The notes below the pieces were generated by a model that ran no database searches, was not told the origin of the DNA, and was given only the letters and a program-made list of their open reading frames with translations. Shown in pieces: positions 1-12,033 of a stretch of 64,000 nucleotides of DNA. The first letter of the stretch is position 1. The number at the start of each line of letters is the position of its first letter. Position numbers and translations under genes: made by a program. The DNA comes from Basidiobolus meristosporus CBS 931.73. Lineage: Eukaryota; Fungi; Basidiobolomycota. Location of the stretch: positions 1 through 64,000 of the forward strand of contig MCFE01000162.1 in the NCBI GenBank assembly GCA_002104905.1. Reading direction: 5' to 3'.

Positions 1-177
1 ATAGTGGAATGGTATAAACGCCTGGTAGACACTAAATAATAAACGAAGTAGATCCAAGCCTAGTCCATGAACGCAACAAAAGGGTTATAGGTTAGGAAGC
101 AGGGGGCTACCCCTACCAGTATACGTTCTTTAAATGAAACGTGGGTATGGTGGATAGTAAATGCGCAAAACGTGAGG

Positions 178-1435
178 TTAGTGTTTGTCGTAGTACTCCA
201 CATCTGCTTCAGCCACAAGCCCCTTAAGCTCCCATTGATCGGGCTTGTGGTCAATGGTATACTCCAAGTCATCCTTCGTGATTGAGTCCCAGTATTTATA
301 AATCATCATCACTGCGAATAAGGTGCACAGCACAGTGAAAAACAATCCGTCAACGTAGTGGGAAATCAGGGTGCATATGTCGGAAGTAAACCCTAGTAGT
401 AAGACCTGTCCCACCACAAACGACAAAGCAGCCATTATTATGTCCCCTGTGCATCGACATCATTAGTATCCGGGGGTGCTGCAGCATAGCTCTTGCCTTA
501 CCAAGCGGCCAGCGATCCACCAGCGTGTTGACAACTAGAATCACTTGTAGTATAAAATATATCAACAGTGCAGCCCCATTGAAGATGAAGTAAAAGATCC
601 ACAGCACCAGTGGGTTCTGCGAACTGAGTACCCCGGTGGTGCCAAACAGATTTCGAAAGGTCGCAATGGAGATAAAGAAGATCAGCCCCCATACCAACAA
701 TGACGAGACACGAATGGACTAGAGTTCACGGCGTCAGCATAGGCATCCACGATCTGCAGTGAGCCATGACTTACCCATAACGAGAGCGGGGTACCGTCCT
801 CCGCAAACTGAAAGCCAACAAAGCCATTCAGCAACAAGCACCATATGGAGGCGGTGATCAGCCCAATATGAGCAGCGGTGAACCACTGCAATTCAAGAGA
901 CGATGGTTATTGGCCAGCCATGGACGCTGGGGTTTCAAGGAGCCTGAAGTCTTACTGGGTATGCTTTGGAGGAGATGGGGATGATTCCCCCGATAAGGAG
1001 AAACTCCAGCAGCACCGTTAGAACGTACAGATAGAAGAAACATAGCATCTCTTGGCGACCTAGGTATGGTCGTGGTATTTAGGGGCATTTCCTCTACTAC
1101 GATTCTTTGTTATGGTGTGGTATCGCAGACGCTTACCTACGGCTGTATATTTAACTCGGATATTGTAAATCATCACCACCGTGATGAGTATGGCGATGAT
1201 GTATGCAGCCAAGGCGCCTTTTCCAGAAGTCAAGGGTGAGTGGGCTATGTTGACGAAAATGGATTCCTACAATGCGTTTACCTGGTTGGAAGATTAGGAA
1301 TCCTCCGAAGTCCAAATTTCGCGAAGAGCATTCTGGGATGGTACGGGAGTCCTGCGGCCCGACTAGAGGGCACAGCGTGAAAGCAAGTGTACTACAGAAT
1401 TTCTCAAAACTCCCGAACTTGAGTGCTGGCAGCAT
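178..1435 (-). CDS. CHS7: Chitin synthase export chaperone Chs7 (multi-exon, multi-pass membrane protein)
   Basis: Spliced ORF pieces give MLPALKFGSFEKFC..LCPLVG..PECSSRN, IRVKYTAVGRQEM, WFTAAHIGL..WCLLLNGFVGFQFAEDGTPLSLW and HYVDGLFF..FAVMMIYKYWDSITKDDLE, which are the characteristic Chs7 blocks. GT-AG introns read directly (e.g. donor at 1281, acceptor at 1218). ATG at 1435, stop at 178. Confidence 0.9.
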
Positions 1436-3183
1436 TGCAGACAAGTGCACGAGTGGGGAAGGTGGTTGGATGTCTGTGTGTTACGGCCTTTGGCGGCAAG
1501 GTTCAGGTGGGGAAGCAGAAGGACCTAAGGAGAGAGGCGGAGGAAGGCAGCCACCAGATATATGAGCAATGTAGGAACGGACGGAATCTGGATGCAAGGG
1601 GGATATGTACACGCCATTAATATATATTGGTAGGCTTATTTCAAGCCAAAGACATTAATTGCAACACAAGACAGACATCCGTTCGACCCAGTTTATTGAT
1701 GGCGCACGCAAGAGCTTGCTGCTGTTTACCAAATTAGGCAAGCAGAGTATTAATTGAATCGGACTCCGATCTGCAGCTGCCCCTAACAGGACAGAAACCA
1801 AGCTATCCAAAGGTCTAAAACAAATCAAACGATCATGCGCGTGATAGCGCTGCGACGTAGCCATTGCAACAACGAGGGTGAGGCCCATTCGAAACTGTAT
1901 TACTCGATGCTGTAAAGCTACAACCTTTGCTACCACAAGCCAACACCTGCCAAACGTCATGATGTCCAAGGCATCGAGTCGAAGCTCGCCACAGATCAGG
2001 CCAATGACCTCTTGGACGGAGGGAACTTCCGAATTCATCGACATTCATCACATCACCGCAACCACGCGGCATTTCATTGGCCCGAAGGACGACTGATTGG
2101 CCATTCCATCTGGGATATCGACGATTGATATCAATGGAGCCCTGCCATTTGATAGATATACATTGACTTTAAGGTTTTGGGTGTGCTGACGATGTGTGGA
2201 TTCCACCACCGTCGCCCCGTAAGGGAACCCCATTGATTGATAGGTGAGATCATCCCCTCGAGCTACCCATGTAGCTTGGCAACATACCATGGCCCACGAT
2301 CATCCTTGCAAGCTTTTGCCAGCTGGCCACTGTTCTAATCAGGACACGATCCTCCGGCTAGATTGGCCTCCATGACTATACATCGAGCATCAAGGTTCGA
2401 CACCCCAGTGGGATATTTGTGACGAGACAGGGTGGAGAACATTTGGTAATATTTGGTGATGTTCAGCGGTATGCCAAATGTGTAGCTTAGCTAGGCGTAG
2501 GATGTCAAAGAAACCAGCTTCGTCTTTCAGCGATGTTCCTCGATTTCTATAGGCGGGTAGATTAAATCGGGCCATCCGCTGGGTGTTCCTGTGGCCAGCA
2601 TTGCTATCAGCAACCCTGCTCACCCTTCATGAAAGCCCCGATTACTCAGCTCTAGGGACCGCCATCATGAAGCACGCTGCCAAGGTTTCCGTAGCCCCCT
2701 ACTTGTTACTTCCCTACACATCAGGGCATCACTTCGACTACGTCATCGTGGGAGAGAATGTCTTGATCGCGACGTCATGGGGATTTTAATGGATGAATAT
2801 TAATTGTGCAGGTTAGATGGCTGATGTTACGAGCACAGCCGATCATAACGGCAATCACATGGATCTCAACAATGCGATGCGATTGCCGGCCAAGTTGAAA
2901 TCTATAGAGGGTGTGGTTATTGAATATCGGGGTTACAGGAATACTACTATTGAAGAAGGATGTCTATTCGCTCGTGCAGAGATGTACGGGTAGACCATGT
3001 AGCAATTTGCACTTTTAAATAGAGAACGAATGGAGTAAGGGGCAGAAGAAACATAAGATGGGGAGAATGGTGCTCAATCCCGGGTCTTATTGGGGCGGTG
3101 GGTGCGCCATCTGGGGAGCTACAGGTTTTCTTATCCTCTGTCTGTCTATCCGCATTGTTTCGAACCTATACCTGAGATATTGG

Positions 3184-4371
3184 CTACGAGGATTTGGCGG
3201 AATAATGGGATATTCGGGGTGTGCTAGACTCTCGCTTCGAAGAGGATCTCCTTGGTATACTGCTACTACTGCTTCGTGAAGTGATCGTCTCTTCGTAGGG
3301 GGTGGCATCCTTGGACAAGCAGGCAAGCGGTAAGGCGCCCTCGCCGCCTCGGGTCAAATTTCGGCCGATTCCCCAGCCATCTTCAAACGTCATCAGGATG
3401 ACCACCGTGTCCTGCGGGTAAATCCGAAGCTCATCGGGCAATGTAGGCTCATAGGGGTAAATACAAGTATATGTTGGCAAGGAGGGGACTCCGATGGTGT
3501 CGTAGTCGTTGTCAAAGGGGGCGACTTTCGGTCCAGGGATCATGTCCAGACCAGCACCCTTGGGATGCTCCGGACTCTCTAGCTGTTGGTTTTTCTTCTT
3601 GAAGTAAAACCAGGCGCCCACAACTAGGCCGATGATTCCTAGGCATCCGATTACGATCGGAAGGATCAAGATAAGCTGATTCCCCGAGCTATGTGCAGAG
3701 GTTTTGCATAGTCGAATGTTGTCCGAGCTACAGCACGATGCGCTTGGGTTGGTTGCACAATAGATACAGAGTGCAGGAAGGTCGTATGGAAGTGAATAAC
3801 CGCAAACAGTTTGGGACGTATCTTTTGGTTGGATGCATTGGTTTTGCGTGCCGTTGAACGGGAAATGGTCGCACCACGCCTGAGTGATGGCCTCTTGCTT
3901 CGAGGCCACAGTCCCTGGAGAATTACACAAAGTGTCGTTACCCCACAGGAATTTCCAGTCGGCTACGTACTGAATGCAATTTGCTTGGCAAGTAGGGGGA
4001 ACTGGGTTTTGTGAGTTGCAAAGTTTCGAGGGGCTGTCTTCTATGAGGCCTCTACAATAAAACAGATATCGGTAGGGAGGGAAATATATCCCATCCCACG
4101 TACTCTGGGGACTGCAGTGGAAATCCGCCGAACGATCTCTTACATCTTGTGGCGAGCCGAAGTAGTAATCAATGGCGCGATCAAGAGAAGCGACATCGGC
4201 CACGGTGTTCCCCTCCACAGTGGTTTTGTTCGAAAGGAAATAGCCGCCGAAACTTCCACCGCAATATTTCGAGTCGGCTAGACTGTAACAATCTGCAGTG
4301 GGGCCGCCCAAAATCGATGGGACGGAATTGAGCAATATCACGAAGGAGGAAAGATGATGCTTGAGTTTCAT
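3184..4371 (-). CDS. Type I membrane protein: signal peptide, 16-Cys ectodomain, TM helix, cytoplasmic SH3 domain
   Basis: Intronless 395-aa ORF. Hydrophobic N-terminus, 16 Cys in the ectodomain, TM ILILPIVIGCLGIIGLVVGAWFYF followed by KKK, SH3 motif YPYEPTLPDEL..FEDGWGIG..GALPLACL, Ser/Arg-rich tail. Confidence 0.85.
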   Translation of the reverse strand: MKLKHHLSSFVILLNSVPSILGGPTADCYSLADSKYCGGSFGGYFLSNKTTVEGNTVADVASLDRAIDYYFGSPQDVRDRSADFHCSPQSTWDGIYFPPYRYLFYCRGLIEDSPSKLCNSQNPVPPTCQANCIQYVADWKFLWGNDTLCNSPGTVASKQEAITQAWCDHFPFNGTQNQCIQPKDTSQTVCGYSLPYDLPALCIYCATNPSASCCSSDNIRLCKTSAHSSGNQLILILPIVIGCLGIIGLVVGAWFYFKKKNQQLESPEHPKGAGLDMIPGPKVAPFDNDYDTIGVPSLPTYTCIYPYEPTLPDELRIYPQDTVVILMTFEDGWGIGRNLTRGGEGALPLACLSKDATPYEETITSRSSSSSIPRRSSSKRESSTPRISHYSAKSS

Positions 4372-6793
4372 CCGAAACAGGGATTCGACAGGGAAACAAA
4401 GGGGATGCCAGTGGCGAAAAAAACGATGCTTTAGACCTCAGATATAGGAAGAATGCACACGAACTGGGAAAGTAGTCTTTAGAAAATTCTGAAAGGGCCA
4501 CACAGGCAGTAGTTGCGCTTTCAAACTGGGAAAGTAGGGATTCAATGCAGCTAGACAATGGAGGATAAAAGCAAAATCAACATAACAAAACGAAACGAAA
4601 CGGGAAATATCTTTTCAGCTCACTCATTTAACTACGCCCTGGCCAATCAGCTGGGGCAGCACCATCCGTATATAGAGCACCATGCTCATCCAATATCGCC
4701 AGAGCCAAGTTTGCTAAGAATATTCCCAACAAGGACAGTGGCTCACTAAACTTCAATACAAATGCAGTCACATTATCCCAGGATCCGATTGCACCCAGTT
4801 AGCACACATGTAAATGTGATGCAGTAGCTTTATTCAATCTAATCGAAATCTGATTATATATGCAAATTAGTCCTCTTACTGGGCGCCTGAGCAGCAGCGA
4901 GCGATTGGCTGTGCTTGATCGCTGCCATCGTGGCCAATCCGAGGGGTCCCATTTTGGAGGACTCGCAAATATAGCAACGATTGGGAATCACTGTCGCTTG
5001 CCAATGGCCTTCGTCCCTGGAGTGAGCTTCTAAGGCATTCTGCGGACGCTGCCCACTGGCTACACTCGCCAGAGGGCAGACGGGATCATGCTTACCATGA
5101 GATTGCCTCTCCTGGAGGTAGCATCACCCGAACGCGTGAGCACAATCGTTTTATTAGCTATTCTTGGTGAAACAAACCTTATTGCCAGCATTGTATATGG
5201 GGCAGCCAGTGATCGAAATCCCACCGATATCCCAGCAATGGCCAATCCCGAACGTGAGTAGGCCGGCTGCATATGGTGGTGGATCCAGACAATATATCAC
5301 AAATCATCCATAATGTAAGTCTAATGAGGTTTGAGTAAGGTCCCCAAGCTGCCTGCCAGGAGCCAATCGAGTCTCTGATGCCGTAAGACGGTACACCCCA
5401 CATATGCCTCAAAGAAGAGGTGAATTCAGCTAGGCTTGAATTAGTTTAGGACAATGTAGTTGGGGCTGGGGCTGATTTATCCATCTGCTTAGATATTGGC
5501 CGGTTTAGGCCCTCCACTCTCAAACCTATAGAAATTGCCCTGCATTCCGTCGCGCCTGGCCCTCACCCCCCCCCCGCTGCTCGAAACGGTCGCACAGGCT
5601 GAGGATCAAGGGAGCGCATAACGATGGAGAAACAGCCGTTTCAAACTGGCGACTTCTCATATTCTGGAATGGCAACAACAACCGCTACTACCAAACAAGT
5701 CGCCAATGAAGATCTTGTGATTGCCAGGTGCACCATAGGTGGTACGGATGGCACAGGGAGATTCTTCCACACCAACTGCGAGAAGCTCCAACCTCTGCGC
5801 AGTCTGCTGGAGCGCAGGCAGATTGGGAAATCAGCATGCATTGTAAATTCTAAGCGCAGTTAGTTACCCGACTACTTTGTAGGTGACTGGGTAGCGACAG
5901 GCAGATGCCCCCCCCCAATGGATGGCACGAGATCACATTCAGTGTGACACATCATTTGCGCTATGTATGTTTACGAGGATGGATACGAATCAATGGATGC
6001 GAGTCGTGCACAAAGGTTGGACTCACATTGTGGTGGCGAATTGTTACATGAGATGGAATCCGAATTCGATACCGCAGAACCAAGCTTGTTTTTCATGGTG
6101 TGTTTCGGGGCGATGCAACTCGCAACCGGCGTTTCACGGTAGAGGCCAATGAGGTGCTCGACCATTCGCAGTGGCTATACGGGTTACCCTTCTGACACAT
6201 CCGCCCACGTCCAAGGAACTCGAATGTGGGCGCACGGAGCAACGCTAGCTTCTCTGGAGCTTCTAGGCGGTGTCTCAGCGCAAATTGGCGCTGCCAAGTC
6301 GACCCGGTTGGCCTGCAGTTCATACATGACTCTGATGCTTATCAAGATTTGGCCCTCAATCAATGTGGGACACCATGATCCTCTGCAGCATCGCCAACAC
6401 ATAGCACGGCTACTCCGGAGAGCGCTGATTATCAATCAGGTAGATCAATATATATCGTACGAAAATCAATTGTAGTGGAGCGTGATTGAACAAAGGTATT
6501 AATAACTGTTTGTGTGAATGCACATGGCCATGTATCAGGAGAAAATTGGAGAATTAACCGAACAGGTATGATGGTCAAAAAGATAATGGACAACTGGGTG
6601 GCACAATGGACTACATGATGGGGGAGATAAGAGAGGTAAAGTCGAATAAGCCCACGCTAGCGTATATACAGTCTGAGTTGATCGGTGAAAATACCATCGA
6701 TAGTTCTAAGCGAAGTTGGTTTGCCAGTACATTAAAATCAATTTGGTCAATTGGTAGAGAAACGAAATGTCAAGGATAGTGGGGTGTAGGGTA

Positions 6794-7630
6794 TCATATC
6801 AACAGATTAGGGTCGGGCCACTCCTGGCCACTCATGAGTTTGTGAAAGTTATACATACACTGGCGCTCAGTATCGTTGAGTCTCTCCTCACTTTCAAGGC
6901 AATTCTCGATACATTCGCGTGCGACTTGAACCAGGGCTACCTTGTCGGCGACTTCAAGGCTGTCACCAAATGTAGCATTCAAGGCGTAATGTACGGCAAA
7001 GATGGCCTCGCGGCCTCCCTTGAATTCTAAATACTTTGGGTTAAAAGCCTGCATTTCATATTCAAATTTGGCCAAGATGCTTTCTCGTTTTTCGCCGTTG
7101 GGCATGAAGGAGTTCACATACGAGTATGTATAGAACCGGTCGACAATAGTATGGTATAGTTTATCTAGGGTCTTGGGGTCTTCCCCAACGTAGGTTTTGG
7201 TAGGGATAACAACGGGAAAGTGTGTCTTGATCCTGGTGGTGAAATATATGGCCCGAGCTCTGCAGATGCTCTGCTCAGGAAAAAAGATGTCGAAGGTATC
7301 ATGCTCTTGAGGCCCTTCTTTGCGCTGTTTGCTCAGTAACCGCATGGTTCGGACAAAGTTTCCAGAATTCCGCGGGGTCACCGTGGGGGATCGGCGTAGG
7401 GGTGTGGCCTCAAGTTGCTTGACGCTTTCCTGGGGGGAGACGAGGGCGGTGGGTTTTTCGGGATAGTCCTGTGAGGATTGGTACTCCATTCTTTGATAAC
7501 TGCCGTAACCAGAGTCCTCCAACTCGTAATCATCCTGGAAGGGATCGTAATTTTTCTCCGTACTGGGTAGGTTTGCTTTGGTCCTCTCACTTACTCGACG
7601 AAAGGCTTTGGTAAAGCGTTTGCTCAACAT
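6794..7630 (-). CDS. Hypothetical protein (disordered N-terminus, helical C-terminal domain)
   Basis: Uninterrupted 311-codon ORF (open from 7729) with protein-like composition. Likely ATG at 7630 (MLSKRF). No family recognised. Confidence 0.6.
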   Translation of the reverse strand: MLSKRFTKAFRRVSERTKANLPSTEKNYDPFQDDYELEDSGYGSYQRMEYQSSQDYPEKPTALVSPQESVKQLEATPLRRSPTVTPRNSGNFVRTMRLLSKQRKEGPQEHDTFDIFFPEQSICRARAIYFTTRIKTHFPVVIPTKTYVGEDPKTLDKLYHTIVDRFYTYSYVNSFMPNGEKRESILAKFEYEMQAFNPKYLEFKGGREAIFAVHYALNATFGDSLEVADKVALVQVARECIENCLESEERLNDTERQCMYNFHKLMSGQEWPDPNLLI

Positions 7631-8624
7631 AGCGTTGGTTTGTGAGGGGAAAGGGATGCGGGCTCGAAGACTGAACAGTGAGGAGGAAGATACTTCGGAG
7701 AGAGCAGATAGGAGGGGGGATGGGTACAAGTAGGCAAAGGAACTTTTTTGCGCAAGGTATTACGGCGATAGATGAGTGCCTGGGGAAAGGGAGAGGATAT
7801 GTCGCCAAATCGCTGGTTTAGTATTTAATGTGACCCAAGTAGGAACTGGTAGATGAGAAATATAAAAATTGGTGAAATGAAGATTGTACCAGGCTATTAG
7901 GCGGATCAATGGAGCCATCCATGATTTTTATACAGATGGGCTATTCATCGCATTCACCCAGACACTTTGAACATTAGTGGAGATGTTTACACTTTCTTAA
8001 TATATTCTTAATCGGGCCCGATTTCATAATCCTTACCAAAGTCAAACAAGCCAACGCTTGATATCCACAGGTTCGGCCGACCGGACTGGATGGCACATTC
8101 CCGTGGCAACCGCTACACACACAGCGCGCCCACTGCAACAATGAAGCGCCTAGTCTGAAGGACAGGCAGGCCTTGCCTCTAATCGCGGTAGCCATGTCAC
8201 TGGCAAATTTTCCACTGTAAGCCAAGGCCGTTGCCACCGGGATCTGGCCCATTGCCAAAATATAGGATTCCTCAGTGTTTACATATCATCGTGCTAAAGC
8301 GCATAGCCCAATCACACTACACTGGCCAATTGGAGTCCAGGCACGTTTATTCACATCATACCCCATTAGGCATTGTGAGGGTGAGATGAAATGAAGCCTT
8401 GCCTAATTAGTGGCTATCGCAAGAGATGCATCATTCCATTTGTCATGATCACGCTAGAATTACATGCTGTTTACACTTGAGATCCCACGTTTGCTTCATG
8501 GATCAAAATACACCAATGGATGGGCGCCCTGGGCATCGAATTTACTCCAGGATTCGATAGCCCGTTATATTGCCGGACACATGGAGGGTGTCACTGCGAG
8601 AGGCTCAGTACAATGGGTGGGATC

Positions 8625-9554
8625 TTAGGCGTGTCCTAGGAATTCAGTGTCTGGCCACGACGAAGTGACGACACCAATGAACGACCTTGCCAGCAGACGA
8701 TGCATCTCGTGAGTGGCGTGGTGGGCGTCCCAGAATATGTAATTCCGGTTAGCGCACAGTTGGTGGCTTCTTGAGAAGCTGTCAGGCAAACAGGACCTGT
8801 CGATGGTGTTGAATGTCCCATTTCTGATCGCTGTGGAGAAGGTTCCATGGATGTCCCACAGAACTACATCACGATTGCGTGAGAACACCCTGACCATCGA
8901 GTGGATTCCCTTGTTGTAAGCGTAGACAATGCTACGTAGCCTCTCAGCCCGGTCCAATTGGACGCCCGGAAACTGCTCCAGCGGTGGTAATGTGGTCAAG
9001 ACGAGATTCCGCACCCCTTTTTGTAACAATTGTCGTATGGACTGGTGGAAAGCATGGAGGATTTCGTTCGGGTCGGTGGACGCATCCTCCAGAAACTCGC
9101 CCCCGGCGTAGAAGAAAACGACCAAGGCGCGTTTGATTTTGTCTACCGGCACAGATGCGAGCTCGTCAACCTGCTGGGTGACGCTGGGGATGCCGCTCGC
9201 TACGAGTGATGGCTGGATTGCTGCAAAGGGAGGGTCAGCGACCGAATGGATTCATGCGCATACAATGCACCAAGTACCTTTGCTCCCCCCATACGCATAG
9301 GTGTAAAGCGGGAGGTTTAAGGAGGGGGACACCAGTTCCGACCAGATCTGTCCGTTTGAAAACCGTCCACGAAAATGGGGGGCTGGAGGGTGACGAGCGT
9401 TCGTCAAAGCGAAGGTGTTCCCAATATCACTATATCCATCGCCAAACACAATCAGGCTTCTTAGGAATGGTTCGTAAGGCGCGGCGTTCGAGCAGCTGCT
9501 GATCAAATAGAGCGCGATCCCGATGCTACCAAGAAAACGAATTATATGCCGCAT
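8625..9554 (-). CDS. Secreted GDSL/SGNH hydrolase-family protein (2 exons) with degenerate catalytic motifs
   Basis: Signal peptide, block I FGDGYSDIGN, GRFSNG..W, YAYGG, and block V IFWDAHHAT. One GT-AG intron (about 9219-9277) joins ORFs 9252..9587 and 8625..9152 in frame (GGSK|AIQPSLV). Confidence 0.85.
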
Positions 9555-10449
9555 GTTCCATGGGAACGGCCATCGCTCTCCAGCCATTTTATGCTCCTCA
9601 CAGCCTCACTCCAGGATTCAAATGTGACGCGAAGCTGCACGGCATGTGGAACCATGATTAAATTGGTGGCTTCAAGAGAAGGCAGCCCACAATCAAGGTG
9701 GCCTGTAGGAATCATCATGGGGATTTGTACGACCATAAAATTTTTGCAATGCGGCTGTTGGCTGGCGTATTGATTGATGGATAGATGCCTTGAAGCTGTG
9801 CTAACCCAACAGCCATCAACCCCTAGCCTGATGGCTCCCACAGAACAAGCCCTAGACATAATAGGAGATACGGGCCCTCGATGTTGGGATTAATCTATGC
9901 GTTAGTGGCCATTTTGCTGAACTGCATCTTAATCAAACCTTCAGACAGCTCCAATCCCGTTGTAGCTCCTTGCCAAGCCATCCTTGTTAGACCGCCGGCC
10001 GAAGCTATGCAAAAGGGCCATGCGCGGCGATTCTGTGAGAACAATCTTCTTGGAATCACGCTGGACTTACTCATGCAGCTATGAGAAAGAACAGGGTTGA
10101 TGCCTTGTTCGCAGGCGCTTTGGCGAGAGATGGGAGTCTTCATTAAAGCGCCCCTGGAGCCTATCTCTGAACAGTTGGCTTCCACAAATGTGGTGTCTCA
10201 AGTGTGGTGGGGCTAACACGTAGGCTACACTCTATTTGGCCAGCGCCTCTATCTCAGGCTACCCACGGCTAAGATCAGAGGTTGGTATTCGCAAGGTTAG
10301 AGATCGGCCTGGATGGTTGTTACCAATGGGCCATTTTGTGTTTATTTACAGGTTATAGCGGATAGGGACCCAGATCTAAATACTGCCACATGTCCGGCAG
10401 ATTAAATACAAATGAAATGTTACAGTGCCTACGGGATGTTCCGGCAGCC

Positions 10450-11067
10450 TCATTCAATAACCAATGGCGTGTTGTTCGCTTCATACACCAGGCGCTTCAA
10501 TAATGAATATGCAGCACGATCCCTTACAGAGAGCTCAACTCGCTTATACTTGTTTCTGATGGTTAGGACCAATGTGGTTGGACGCTTAGCCACGTTCAGG
10601 GTGAAGTTCCAGGTCTTTATGCTATACCAGTTAGCTGCAAGGTCTTTGTCAGTAGATACATCGAGGATGTTTCGATACAGAATCCGTTTGATTCTCATTG
10701 TGGGGAATTGGTAGTTGTGGATTAAGATATGGTCCTCGAAAAGAGTGAAGGATTGATCGTCGTGCAGGACGGTGCGGGTTCCATCGAAGAAGTCGGAGTC
10801 GTTGCTGTTGGTGTATAGGCACAGCAGGTCGTCCGCTTCGTTGGAGGAGGCACACTCGCCTGCATTCTGCCGCTCGTCCACCAGCGTCTTGCAATACCTG
10901 CTGATTGCTGACGGTATGCGATGGCGTTTTCTACCACGAAAATCAGGCATCGTGGGCGAATCTAAAGCGAGGCAGCTCATGGTGATTTTGTGCAGCGAGT
11001 TCGGAAAACACTCGGGCTCACCAGGCCCAGGAATCCTTTTATAGGATCCACGGTGGTGTCCAGCCAT
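10450..11067 (-). CDS. Hypothetical protein with a beta-rich, possibly PH-like C-terminal domain
   Basis: 205-aa intronless ORF. The C-terminal half HDDQSFTLFEDHILIHNYQFP..KRILYRNI..KTW looks like a PH-like fold family (recollection, unverified). The true start could be a downstream Met. Confidence 0.55.
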   Translation of the reverse strand: MAGHHRGSYKRIPGPGEPECFPNSLHKITMSCLALDSPTMPDFRGRKRHRIPSAISRYCKTLVDERQNAGECASSNEADDLLCLYTNSNDSDFFDGTRTVLHDDQSFTLFEDHILIHNYQFPTMRIKRILYRNILDVSTDKDLAANWYSIKTWNFTLNVAKRPTTLVLTIRNKYKRVELSVRDRAAYSLLKRLVYEANNTPLVIE

Positions 11068-12033
11068 CTTTACATCGACAGAGCGTCAAGTGAAACTCTG
11101 GTCTAACAGTATCGCACCATCGAGGGATTGCCGGGCGATATCAATGACACACGGCACTTGATCAGATCGACTGGAAGTAGTCAGCCAAACTGAAATCAAG
11201 AAGATCCGTAACCAACAATGCCTACGAGCGCCAGTCTCTGAGGTCATTTCCATCACGATTACTAATTAAATAGGGTTTTTGAAACATTGATGGGATGACA
11301 CAAATGGCAGCTGGATGGGCTGTCGGCGATGCTTTATTTATTGACGATTTGGTCACGCAGAGCGTTGAAAGGCACACGAGATCCCTAACGTTTGCCATTC
11401 GGTCACCTCCAGTGCCCTAGACATGTCCCATCGGCAGCGTGAGTGATGCTCCCTCCGACATCTCCTTCACCCAAGTCACGGGGTGTAAGCGATCCGTGTC
11501 TCCAACTCATATGCCACCACGGCCAGACCGGTTCGGGCGTGGCCATCCTGGCGCCTCAGGGGTAGCCGCTGGGCTGTTCTGTTGCCTGATATGGGCCTAG
11601 AGATCCATGGAACCAGATTCCAGCGATCGGGGGAACATTAGCCAGCCTCCGGGAGCGCCACAGTGATAGCTGGTGCGATGTGTGGCACCCAAGTGTATTG
11701 GATGCGCATGCTGCAGGAACCGGAGTGGTCCTTGTGCCGCTCGCCTCGGGCACTGACTTATCCTCCAACAAATGGGTTTGATACTGGTTTTACATGACAG
11801 TCACTGGGATCAGTTGTTATCACCAGCCATCAGCATATTAGTAATGCATTTTTCGATCACATTCTGTCGATCCTCTGATGAATGCGAATTCGCACCAGTG
11901 TTCGTCATCTATTAGTGAAATTGAGCTAAAAAAATTTCGACATTATTGAGCAAATATTGTGACAGCGGCAGCTGTAGAGTACGCTACGTAAAATAAAGCA
12001 CTATCTCTTGGATGAACAACCTCTCTTATCCCT

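Noticed and set aside
2390-2410. GGTTCGA T-loop-like motif
   Set aside because: No T-stem pairing or cloverleaf. No tRNA or rRNA gene was recognised in the window.
1655-2790. Several 70-130 aa ORFs on both strands between CHS7 and the SH3 gene
   Set aside because: No recognisable motif and no consistent splice model found.
5060-6475. Short ORFs 5624..5863 and 6149..6475 as a possible spliced gene
   Set aside because: No family signal, and overlapping ORFs of similar length on both strands are expected at this GC content.
9881-10084. 67-aa ORF with a hydrophobic N-terminus (small secreted peptide?)
   Set aside because: Too short, with no other support.
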